NCBI GenBank assembly: GCA_964199315.1
Contig: OZ116711.1
Location: 868,001-932,000 of the forward strand
Length of the DNA stretch: 64,000 nucleotides
Source: Orbicella franksi
Taxonomy: Eukaryota
Reading direction: 5' to 3'
Each line of letters begins with the position of its first letter. The first letter of the stretch is position 1. Below the pieces are notes generated by a model. That model had not been told where the DNA came from, did not search any database, and worked only from the letters and a program-made list of their open reading frames with translations. The position numbers and the translations under genes are program-made. Positions 36,213-48,600 of the stretch are shown piece after piece.

Positions 36213-37201
36213 AGAGTGCATACTGCGCCAGGCTGGCGGACATTAAAAGACTGAGTGGTTTCGCATGTGACCCGGACGTGAGATGATTTCGACGAACCCT
36301 GACTCCTTTCAAGTTGTCTCTTGTGAGAAAACTCGATGGGAACGAGCGACATGAGAGAAGCCGAGAGAAAACGATGGCAGAAAGTAGTTTTTGGCGTTTA
36401 ACTGTCAAAGTTTTGGTTGCCACTTGTTTTATCTGAACATGAATCCCCGACGTTTAATGAATGATTAATATTTTCCAGCTTAGTTAGTCCGAGGATTTGC
36501 TGGCGCGAGATGGCAGAAAGAAAGATCACTTTCTGAGAGGAATTTGAGCAAGGGGGGCGAGGAAGGGGGGTAGAGAGATGATAAGTATTTGGGGAGAATA
36601 GAGTGTGTCGAAAATATCTGAAATTTGAAAATTAATCACACGGTGAGTTATATGCCTGTCATCTCCACTGGCGCTTCGTTATCTTGAGACGGGCAGAGGA
36701 AGACTGGGACAGAGCAGAACTGTCAAATAATAGAACAATAAGTAGGCTTTTGTTGATATGTCAAGGTGAACGCGCAATTCATTGTCACATTTGAACCGGA
36801 AAAAGTTCTTTGAACACCGAAAAAACGCCAAAAAAATCGCTCAAACGGAAAACAGCAACAGATGACCATAGATACCAAAAATACCGAATTAAAATGACCA
36901 AAACCGTTATAGCGAAATTTCGAACGCTCCACCAAATGTGTACCCAACATAGATTGAAGTGACAATTTTAGAAGCAGGAAGTATTCTGATACGAGAGACC
37001 TCAAAAGAATGCCACTTCCTCAGCGTCTTTTTACTTTTAAAAACAGCATTATTATGATTACACTCCACTGTGGATGACGTTACCTTCATAACATTACGTC
37101 AATCATTAATGAGCCTTTCTCCAAGGTCAGGCAAATGAACATTACAGACTTTCAGTGTACGATTTTAACGGTCGCCTGGCATGCATGGGAGGACATACAA
37201 A

Positions 37202-40200
37202 ATGATTTGGAAAACACTCGCATTGCTGGGTTTCACAGGTGAGTAAAAGACACAGGACAGAGACATCAGAAACTAAGGAATTTGACTGAACTTTGCAGTT
37301 TATGTAAATATAACTTCACTGTGATCAAAGCAGGCGATAGCAGGACATGAGGCAGAGGCTCATTGCCTTCTCTTATAAAGGTTTATGATGCTGTTAAGAT
37401 TTTGAATGTGAGGACACGACAAGGTTAACACGAATTGATAATACGTTGTCAATGTGGCGTTATTTAAACTCTCTTCAGTTAATTGAACGAGAAAGTATAT
37501 TTATAATTTATGGCATATTTTCACAACACGCTCATTGTCCGTCACAACCTACATAGCTTTTTGTCTCGTAAGACGATAAGATTGGGACCATCAACACAAA
37601 CAGTATGTGATCTACAAAGAATATCTAGTCATAATTTGCTCCACACTGTACATTGATGTTGAACGGCGGCCGTTCATTTGCCCTCGTTTGCATTCACCCT
37701 GATATCACACTCCCTGTGCTGCAGCTGCCGTTAATCATCAATCATTTTACTCTATTCCTAAAATTTTACTTCATAGCATTTCAAGGCATTTATAACATAA
37801 TGCAGTTAAACTTCGATGTTCATCGTGATGTTGATCACGGTTGACCATCAGCGAGAAAAAGTGGTTGTAATCTTTGTATGCTAGCTGTGTTCACAGCAAA
37901 CTATCCTGAAAGATTCTAATCCGACCTTGATTTTTGGGTCACGCTTTAACTGCACGTAAGGTTGCTGTGACAAGGTGTTTTGCCAAATGTGTCATAAGTC
38001 ACGCTTGTCACGCGAGGAGGGTAACTCGGTAGTCAAAGAAACCAATCATAGATCAAGGATTGAATACCCGCTCGTTTGCAAAAGTTTGAATTCTAATTTC
38101 TTGCCTGATATTGAATTACAGTTCTCCTACAGTGGAAACCAACCTACGGTGAATTGTTGGGTAAGTAACAGTTTGTAATCTACTATACTAAGTCTGTAGT
38201 GCCTTATTTCTATTGGTACATGCTGCTGTAAAAGTTATCTTTTCCTACCAGTTGTGGGTACCCACACTATGTAGCCACCCTCAAGGGCCCCAAATGACAT
38301 AGTTACTTGTTTGCATACTTAAGTTTGTTCTTGTTGTTTTTTGTTTTCAAGATTGCACTCCGTCAATGGCCAATAGATCAGTTTGGTTGTCAAGTTTCGG
38401 TACCTCCAAAAACATTTCAAATCCGACATCATTTTCCTCAAACGAGTCAGTATTCTGTTCGTGGAAAGTTTACGTTGACAGGGGATTCCGCATTAGAATT
38501 CATTTCAATTCTTTTGATGTGAAGAACAGTTCAAACTGTTCTCAAGCTGTCGTGGAAGTAGCAGAAAAACAAGGAGTTGTCGACACAGTGCTGGGTCGGT
38601 ATTGCGGTTCGATATTGCCCAATGACGTGGTCTCCACTTTCAGCTTTGTTACAGTCATATACACCGCATCCACCGGGTTTACACAAACGCATCCGGGATT
38701 TCATGCCTCTTTATCACTGGCACCAGCAGGTAATATAAGAAATTTACACCAACTTAAAGGTGGTGGTTTTTAAATTAATCACCTTAAGTCCGGGGTATCT
38801 AAAGTCTAAGTATAGATGCCACTGGAATCCGATCGGTCAAAGTCTATGAACGCACAATCTGTTGGATTCTGATGATCTCTGCTGTAAGGACCGGGGGTTG
38901 GACCACCTCTCCTACCCGTTTCTTATCATGAAGCGCGTACGTTTAAAGGTTTAAAGTAAAAAAGAAGTACAACAGTGAAGAGAACAGAACTCTGCATGAC
39001 TGTTGCCGGACTGTTGCCGCTCTGTAGCCGGAACGAAGTCTCACCGAGATGAAGAGTTGTCTTTTTCATTTAGCATTCTCACGTCAGTTTAACCTCATCA
39101 TTTCAATTTTGTTTCCCTATCTTAAACCTTAGATACTTAATCTCTCATTGATCCGTAAATGTCATTGACTATCTCAGTTTAGACAAGTAAAATGCATTCA
39201 GTAGATTACAGGTAATGCATGAAATGAGCACAAATATCGCACGATATTTGTCGTGGTTAAACAAGTTCTCGCAAAGCACAGTTCAGAGTCTAGTTTTCAT
39301 GAAAGAAAGCAAAACGTTGAAAAGTAAATATCTTAGTGACTATGTTGGTTTCTGATAAGAAAAAAAAAAACAACAGCGTGGGAGGTGGGGATAGTCTCAT
39401 TGGTGGCAGTCACTTTGGTTGACACGCAGCGCTTCTCTCAAAGGAAACTAAGGTCACCGTGCGGCAACCAACGATAGACAGGTAACTCCTGATGTCACTA
39501 GGAGTAACAAGACTCCTAGCTACTTCGTGTCATTGGCAACAACGATTCAAATGCCACGGACAGAAACAGACCTTTTTCCCTAACCTTAGTTTTGAAGAGT
39601 CAATCAATCAATTAATCCTTTTTTATTTCTTAGCTTACACTTTACTGTTGGACTGTATTTAAGTGTATTTTTGTTTGTATTTACAGATAGATGCAGCCCT
39701 TATCATACCCTGGAAGCAAACAAGAATATCGTCTTGAGCGGCACCAGTGGCACGATTAACAGTCCGTTATTACCAACTCATAATCTGGAGTGTCGCTGGT
39801 CTATCACAGTGCCCAGCGGTCACCGCATTAAGCTTAGCTTTAGCGTTTTTCACCTTGGAGCAATTGAAGCACAGGCGGACTGTGAGAAAGTGGACCACAT
39901 TAAGGTGCGAGATGGCAACAACGTAAATGACCCTAATTTTGGGACATTTTGTGGTAATGTGGCTCCTTCACCTATATACACCGTAGGGCCTAAGATTGAG
40001 ATAACGTTTGTATCGAACGAAGACAGAATTTTACAGGGATTCTCCGCCAGGTTTGAGTCAATATCGGAAGGTAAGCTTATTTAGCATTTTGGTTTTAACC
40101 ATTTTCTATAAAATAGTAATACGTAAAGATAGGGAAAGATACGTCTATTTAAGGGCAAATTAAGGCCTACTAAAGGAACCATATTAGACTTCATCAGCGG

Positions 40201-43200
40201 TTTTATAAACAACAGATTTTAGACTAGAACTATTGTGGATTAGAACCAGCATTTTTATATTGACCGCGAGCAAACCTTTTTTTTAAACCATGGACTGCGC
40301 TATTAGTTAGGAAAACAGGAAAAGGAAAACAGTTAGAAAACAGTGCCCCTTATGATGAAGGATAATAACATTGGTGGGTGGATGTCAATTAAACCCTTTT
40401 AGGTGCCACAGCTGTCATGTTTTAATACAATATTGCTTTTGATAAGGGATAACTTTGACAATTGGGAATATACTTTGGGACGTTAAAAACTACTTAAAAA
40501 GCTTTAGTAATCGCCCCTTCTTGTTTCCTGATTTTTTAAATTTTTTTATATATTAACGTGATTTGTCTCTCTGTGTGGCTTGTGTCTGTGTGTGTGCTTT
40601 TGTTCTGTATTTACCTGATCCTAAAACTATATTATTGTAAGTATAGATGGCCTGTTTTTCTAGTCCCTTATGATTATCTCAGTACTCATTTTCTCTTATT
40701 TGATTGTCTAATTTAACTTATGTGGCAACTGATTTGGTACGAATGAAGTATTTGTTGACATCCTTTTTCAAATGCATGTTTAATATTCTCTTCATTACTT
40801 AGCCCAGAAATAATGCTCGCTAAGTTTTACCACTCACCATATGTATTTGTTACATATATTTTTTGGTGGTAAGCATGTCCCATTATTCGTTACATGTCTC
40901 ATATTCATCAATTTTCATGTGTGCTCGCTGACTCATGATTTCAAATAGGCGTGTCTCCCTCTTCTCCTCTCACATATACAGTGTAGTTTAGAGTATAGTG
41001 AACAGTGCATGTAATTAACATAAACCTTGTGTTTTAGGTGTATGCACTCCTGGAAACAGAATCGTTCAACTTAATCTGACCCACAATTCAACGGGTCGAT
41101 TGTCGTCGCCGGACTACCCGCTCCAATACCCCTCGGTCAGTGCGTGTTATTGGCGACTGCTGGCGCCTAATGGTTTCCAAATAAAGCTTCATTTTACAAC
41201 ATTAAACATTAAAGGAGATTGCAAGGATGACATGAATGAAGAAGACTGGGTGCGAGTGGATGATTATTTCGTCACCGAGTTTGGTCGAGTTTCTTCCTTT
41301 TGGGGCAAATTCTGCAGGGGAGCTAGACCACCATTAATTTATTCAACGAAAAATGAACTTCAAGTGTTTTTCACTTCTAATTACACTAGCAACAGAGATT
41401 TCAAGAGTGACCAACAAGCGGATTCAAATGAGGGATTTTATGCAACGTATAAGGTTACTCCACAACAAGGTAATGAACGCATTCCATTTCTAAAAACCCT
41501 TCATAGTCAGTCATGTAAAGGTCAAGCTTTCCGATTCCCCTGTCTATTGATTTTCTTCTTTGTGTGGATGTATGAATAAAGTGCAGATGAAATAATCCAA
41601 CGTAATATCAAGTTAGAAGAACGTGTATATTCTTGCGAGTGTGCACGCGTGCGTGTGTGTGTGCGTGATTGCGCATGTACATGTGCGTGTTTTGTTTTAA
41701 CATTGAAATTTAAAAAGAAATAAGGATTTGCTTTAAGATTGTTGTGTAATTAATCATTTTGTGCTATTAATTTATGGTGCAAAGAAGAACGTTTTTGAGA
41801 GGATCAAAAGCATATGCAAAAGGTAACATAGTACGATATCAAGAAAACATAATTTACTTTTGGTAATACACTGAATACTATAGTAATTATTGCATTATAA
41901 TATTATTATAAAATAGTTCAACGTTACAGTAAGAAAATTCCATGTCATTATTATAATATGACAGAAACAAAAAATAACATTAGGCAACTAGTGGAATGTA
42001 TATTTATAATGTACTGACCTTGCTTTTTTTATTTTCCAATTCGTCTGCGAAACGCTCCTGAAACAAACAGAGCCAAAATAAGTTTTTGAGCTTTGTATAA
42101 AACTTCACTTATTTCCCTTAGGTTATACAAGCCGGTGTCAAACTGATGTCAGCCCAGGAAAACCCATCAAAGTGAAAGGCAATGCGGGTTCGTTAGTGAG
42201 TCCCGGATATCCAAATTCTTACCCAATCATCACTTGTACCTGGAGTATAGTCGTTCCAAATGGTTACATTGTAGAAATGAATATCAAGGATTTTGAAATG
42301 AACTGTGCTGGAGGCAGTGAACTACAAGTGGGCAAGGATCACTTTTGCGGTTCAAAGAAACCTTCCGGCCTTTTGACATCTGAGTCCGACTTGGAAATAA
42401 AGATGATCTCTAAGGTGGCGCAAAATAACCGCGGTTTTCATGCGACGTTTTCAATGACGAAGAAAGGTTTGTGATCCGACATTTTGCACATTGTTACATG
42501 AATTCCTGTTTAAATGTTTCGGTTTATGCGTGTGGGTATGGTGTAGTCTGGGTAATATATAAAAACATGAAAAATTAATAACATAAATCACACTCCTCCC
42601 GATAATAAATTTACATTCTAGGTGCGCATTTAACGATGACTAGTGTCACGATTTGGTGACAGTGACTGATTTTTTTAAATTCAATTCCGATGGATTGATA
42701 CTGACGCAAATATTGCATACTTCCTCATATAGATATCTGCTCTTCGTCAGCAACATCCTTCGTACAGCCCGAGAGTACAGAGCATGCCTGCATGTTATAG
42801 ATTTGGCAATATACGGCTTTATAACTCGTAAAAGTAAACCACCAAATTATATGATCAGGATATCGATTAATAAAGGATAATTGCCAATATTGGTCCACGA
42901 CTTTTATCTTCTTTAAACCTGGTCGTCACTTGCTACACAAGCATAAGTATAAGCAAAAGAAGGTTATGCGCTAGTGGGGACGGCCGCGACATAATCATAA
43001 GCATAAGCCTACTTCTTACGCTTATCCTGATGTCGCTGTTATGTCCAGTGAGGACATGGTTGGCATAACCATAGTGCTCGCTGATTGGCTGAAGGTCTTT
43101 CTCTTATGCTTATGCCAACATGTTCACAATAGACATAACAGCGACCTAGGCATAAGCTTAAGCATAAGCATGAGGAGAACGCAAGGTTTTGATATTCTCA

Positions 43201-43536
43201 TGCTTATCCTTAAGCTTATGTCGCGGCCGTCCTCACCAGCACATAAGCTTCTTTTATGCGTATTCTCCTGCTTACGTCGCTCGTGAGGACCGGGCTTTAC
43301 TCGAATAATATCGTAGACGTAATGCCAGTTTGTTTACCTTTGTAGAAGTCGACGTGGCGTCCATTGTTCCTTGGATAGTTATTCCAGTTGTGGTGCTGGC
43401 GATATGTGTGACTATGATTGTCACGTGGAGAAGACAGAAAGCAGCAGGGCGTGGCCGCCGAGGATCGTCATTCAAAAGTAGTATAATTAACCGGATGAGA
43501 ACCCAATCGACTGTTAGCCAAAGCAGTCACATCTAA
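37202..43536 (+). CDS. Gene F: SP-4xCUB-TM protein with a short basic, Ser-rich tail, ~601 aa
   Basis: Exons 37202-37238 and 38122-38160 (MIWKTLALLGFT/VLLQWKPTYGELL), CUB exons 38352-38729, 39687-40070, 41038-41469 and 42122-42466, TM/tail 43346-43536. Total 1806 nt, open to TAA. Confidence 0.87.
42916..43296. mobile_element. Harbinger-type MITE with TTA TSD (gcataa/ttatgc-rich interior)
   Basis: Imperfect TIRs aacctggtcgtcac / gtgaggaccgggct. TTA at 42913-42915 and 43297-43299. Confidence 0.7.
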
Positions 43537-44255
43537 AAGGAAACGAGATAAGAGTATTTTTGTCATAGAGTTCTACATATTTGAAATGACTCAAACCATG
43601 CAAGACGGCCATACGATGGTTATTAAAACCAAAGAATGCATTAGTTAAAGGAACGTTAAGCCGGAAGGTGATGAAATAAACAAGATATATTATGTTCCAT
43701 TTGACGAACTAAGAAATCCATTCATGGTAACTATGGAAACAGTCCGAGCGTTCATATTGAAGCTTTCCTTTTACGATTCTGCAGACTTATTCAAAACCTT
43801 CGAAATAAATGCACGTCCTGATTAGTCAGTGAGTATATCTTATTAACCAAGCGCGAGGGCCGTATTGGGAGAATAAATCGGCCGGAGACCTTGACAGTTT
43901 GGACCGAGCAGCAAGGTCGGTACAAAAAAAAAGACCGAGGGCCGATATTTTCCCAGTACGGTCCGTTCCAAGCTTGCTTAACAAGAGATTTATTACACGA
44001 CTGAAAGTACCCGAAAATCTTCAAGAGCGATATTGCGGGATCATTCGGGACAGTGCCCGGTCCAATACTTAGAAAATATTGGAGCGGCAATGGAGCTTTT
44101 TAGTTATTGGTCCACTGAACTAACCTATAGTCGTATAATAAGTGTTAATTACTGCACCGGTATATAAAGCATCAAGCCACGTATTTCTAAAAACGGAAAA
44201 GTGAAATCGTCAGAATCTATGTAATTAAGACCGGCTATCCAAACCTCGTTCTCGG

Positions 44256-44293
<38 letters not shown>

Positions 44294-45632
44294 AGATTGA
44301 GAAGTATACATGAACCGATTTTTTCGGAACAAAATGTGGACATTTTGAGGAGACTTATAGCATTAAAGTGTATAAATTTTACAGACATTTAATTGCACTT
44401 ATGTGTAACATTTTGTGCAGGTTATTTGTGTGCATTTTACTAACATGCATTCTACTGTTCACTTTTTTCTGAGATTTTATTGAGATTATATTTGATTGGT
44501 TTATCAACTTAGGCCTGTCTCTTTTACCCCGTGTTGATTTTGCAGCAAAAATGTGAAGATTTTCCTGAGATAGAGTTCAATAAAAGGTATATATTCTACA
44601 GACATTGTCTGTTCTCTTCTCCAACATTTTGTGCATTCAATGTAACTGTTACTAAAGCCTGGTTTTCACTAGCGACGCAAGCACAAGCGCAAGCACAAAC
44701 GCAAGCAATAGGGATTACCCAAGTGGAAACGAAATTCGACGCAAACACAAGCTGCAAGCAAAATCATCCGAACCTTCCAAACTGTTTAGGTGCGAGGTAA
44801 TCTTTATCCGGTATTTCATTGGCCAAACATAACCACGTGTGGTAAATATCCTTGAGCTTGTGTTGCGCCTGACCAACACCCTTGTCGTAAGACTTACCGA
44901 ACTACTCAAACTGTGGAAAGGCAAGGTCTTTCCAATTTAGTTTCAAAAATAACCTCTTCGTTATCCAGAATAAAGACTATGCAGGTCAAAATCAATGTCT
45001 CCTCAGTTCATTATAAGCTCTTCTAAGTCGAAAACAACCCTTATTATAATTGTCAAGTTACAATTACCTAGACCAACGCTCTTTTCGTTAACCTTACCAG
45101 GCCGTTGTAACTCTAAGTAGTATTAGTGTAAGTATTGTTTGTAAGTAAGTAGGCAAGCAGGGAAACTGTACCACTGAGGTAAACTGTACCACTGAAAGTT
45201 TAGTATAGTTTAGGAGAGTAAAAAAAGTAGTGCGAGTATTAATATTGCAATTGGCGTAAGTAATCGTATTATTAGTGTTTTAAGCAGTGTGAGTGACATT
45301 AAAGAAAGGTCCAAATCAAAGTCTGCGCAGGTCAGTATAACTCCCTTATGAGTCCAAAACGACTCTCAAATACTGCCATTTAAAAACAAATGGTATAAAA
45401 GTAAATACATGATCCAGTACGCGAGTACGCATTGTGGACCTATTTTTCGAAAGAGAGGTCTGGTGACGAGTAAGTTACAAGCAATCATCACGGGTCTAAT
45501 AAATAACCGGGCATAAAAATTAATATTTCTTTTTACTTGTCAACTTAGGCACGTGCAGATTTCGGAGCTGTGCGTGTATAGCTTCAAGGATTTGACGATT
45601 ACAAGATATATAACAGGATTTGTCAACTCCGT

Positions 45633-48600
45633 ATGAAAATGAGGACTGTTTTACTACCTGCTGCTTCTCTTGTTGTTCTTGCCGCAATTGAGTCTGTCGT
45701 TTTAGGTAGGTGAATACTTCAGTGGATGTGATAGACGAAGCTAGACGAAATACCAGTGCCAGTGATTTTATTTTACGCAGTGATTTTATTTCACATAAAT
45801 TAAACCCCCCTCGTTCTTCAAGTTCGTCACCTTAACAAGGCAGAATCGGTGTACGAGATCAAAATTTCTTTGGGAAGATACGAAAAATGGAAATTTCTAT
45901 CTGGGGTGCGTCTAGCTGAGATGACAATTAATTTATTTGATAAAAGGTTAAAGTCGTTAACTTCTGGCGCGTAATTTTTGTTAGGTAATTTTTGTACACA
46001 ACTTAAATTTACTTTTCCAGAAATTGTAAGTGTTTATAATTTATTTATCGAGTTGAAGAGCTGTCGCAATGACGTTTAACTGTTTGATAATTACAACAGA
46101 CACTTTCATGCACCTTTAGGTCATCGAGAGTAAACACCGGTCGTCGAGTTCATTCAAAGTTTTTAGGTACTGGAAGGGCGTTTTAATCGAATTTGAAAGA
46201 CACACATTCACTAATAAGCATACAACGTTTTGACATTTATGTCATGCACCGGCTATTCACAGGTATCACAAAAAATCTGGGTTCCTTAGCAGACGAAAAG
46301 CGGTAAACCGCATTTCATCGCTTAAAGGAAATAAGCACCCATAGATAAACCAAGATCAGATCATACGAGATCACGCCACTAGTCTCTTAACTTGTCAATC
46401 ATTCGTTTCCTGGTAACGCTCTGGTTTTGGAGACGACGTTACGTTATTGACTGACCTTGGTAACAAGGGTGGTCAACTCTCTCTCTTACGCAACATGAAA
46501 GCTATACGACTTATAAAGATAGAGTATCCATTATACATTGTTGCTTTCCTTCATGGAAACCATAGTTCAAGGATCATACCCTTTGCGAAAAAAAAAGTTC
46601 AGTGGCCAAACATGAACTGACAGTGCTTTGTTTACAAATGCATCAATGATATTAGTGTATTTTTACTCTTCTGAAGAACTTTCAAAATCATTGGCGACAA
46701 CAGGAAAATTATGCGCAGATGTTCGATGGGTCTGTTCAACTAGAACTTGCAGGGGATGGAAATTCGGGAATAGTTAGCATAGAAATGGAGGCATAATGTG
46801 AAAGAATGTTTGAGCTACATGTATTTCAGTTCAAAATGTCCCAGAGATCACAGACTACAAAATGGGAAGATGAGATAACAAGATTGGATTACTTCGGAAA
46901 CAAATATGTTGTGGCGTAAAGAATGAATAACCTTTGTAATTAACGTGCCATCGACTATGCAAGGCGGAATCCATTTTGAACTGTACGACGAGAGAAAGCA
47001 TATACACTATAATCTGTTTAATCCAAGCTACAGGTTAAGCGATTTCGTTATTATTGTTTGAGGCATGTTTTCAAATAAGATTAGTATCTTAGAAAATGAA
47101 CGATCTGTCAATAAAGACGCTAATTGTCTAATTATACCCAACCACAATAAAAGATTGGAGGAAATACAATCCCATACAATCCACGTATTTTTAATATACT
47201 GGAGAAGCCCGAACGGGTGAAAAGTCTTATATTAAAGTGGTCCCACTTCTCTTGCTACTATTTTTTGAGTGTAAGCGTGCCAAGGGGCATCTTGGTTGGT
47301 ATTAAAGCCAATCTTAACTCAAATATGTAATTATTTTTATATACATGACAGCTACGTCTAAATGGCCTGCTGGAACATACGGGTTACCGCGCGCGCAATC
47401 TGGCTGTCCATCATCCAATCAATTTACGTGGCGCACAGGATGGCGGTACCAAGACACAGAGGATTTTTTACCGAGCAATGCTCGTTCAAGTAATTTTCAC
47501 CTTGATGCAAGTGTGGACAAAAATAATCTGAAGCGATCGTTTTGTATGAAAACGGACACATCTGCTGACACATCAAGAACTATTTGGCCAAAAGGTAGGC
47601 GTGCCTATTTTAGACGCAATTTACATCGATTGGTAATGTTAATTTTCAAGATAAAATGGTGTGCAAATTCATTTGTGCAACTTAAAGCAAGATTGAGATA
47701 ATTTTACGTTTAGAGCTGAGTGTAAACCTTTTAGTCGGGACAGCGATTCCTGTCACATCACAGGAAATGAACTATTGCTTTAGTGACATGAGATAACCAT
47801 AGAAATGAGTTAGCCGCTATGCTGGGGTATACTGAAAGCTAGTGGTTCCTAAAGAAACTGTTGTGCTGAGAAGAAGGACAAGAGAAACACTTTGCTTTTT
47901 ATCACTTTGAAGTTGAAAAAAGTAGATTAAACGTCACATCGAGGTTATGAAACTGACATTAGGGCGTTAAGGTGTACATAAGAGCAAAGTCGGTACCTCA
48001 TACTGTTCCTTACATTTGGAAAACATGAGGCAAGGAGTTGAAAACAAACGGTAAACTACCAAAATAAGCACTCACTAACCCTGAGAGCTTCGATTTAATT
48101 TTATTCCATCCGTTCGTCATTGCCATCCCATTCGCTCATAACTAACACGTTTTTCCTTACTTGAGGAAAATACTGTATTTACAAGAAAGGTTCTTGCCCC
48201 AAGGGCCTGAAATCAGGTTACATAACATGGGACGACGAAGACTGGTTCAACAAGAATAACAAAGGTGGAGTTCTCCCGGACGGAGTTTACGACAAGAACA
48301 CTAAACTCTACTACTGCTGCAGAGCGGACGGTAACAAAGCAGAACCGATTGAGCTACCAACAAGCACACCTTTCTTCCTTGTGGCGTACGAATCAGCCGC
48401 ATGCCAACAAGTAAAGTGGGCGCAAGCGAGCTCGGAATGGATTCGTTTTGATACTGAGGAGGACGGTGACGGGTACGGAGGAGCGTATCCTTACGGAGCT
48501 GGGCTGAATGATCATACCATTCATTACTGTTACTATACTAGTAAGTAATGAATTGCTGTACTATACCGTTCATTGTCACACAACGTTGTATCAGTTGTCA

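Noticed and set aside
42940-43270. Repeated gcataa/ttatgc units resembling a CRISPR or regulatory array
   Set aside because: Irregular short units inside a TIR/TSD-bounded MITE. No constant repeat-spacer period, and the context is eukaryotic.
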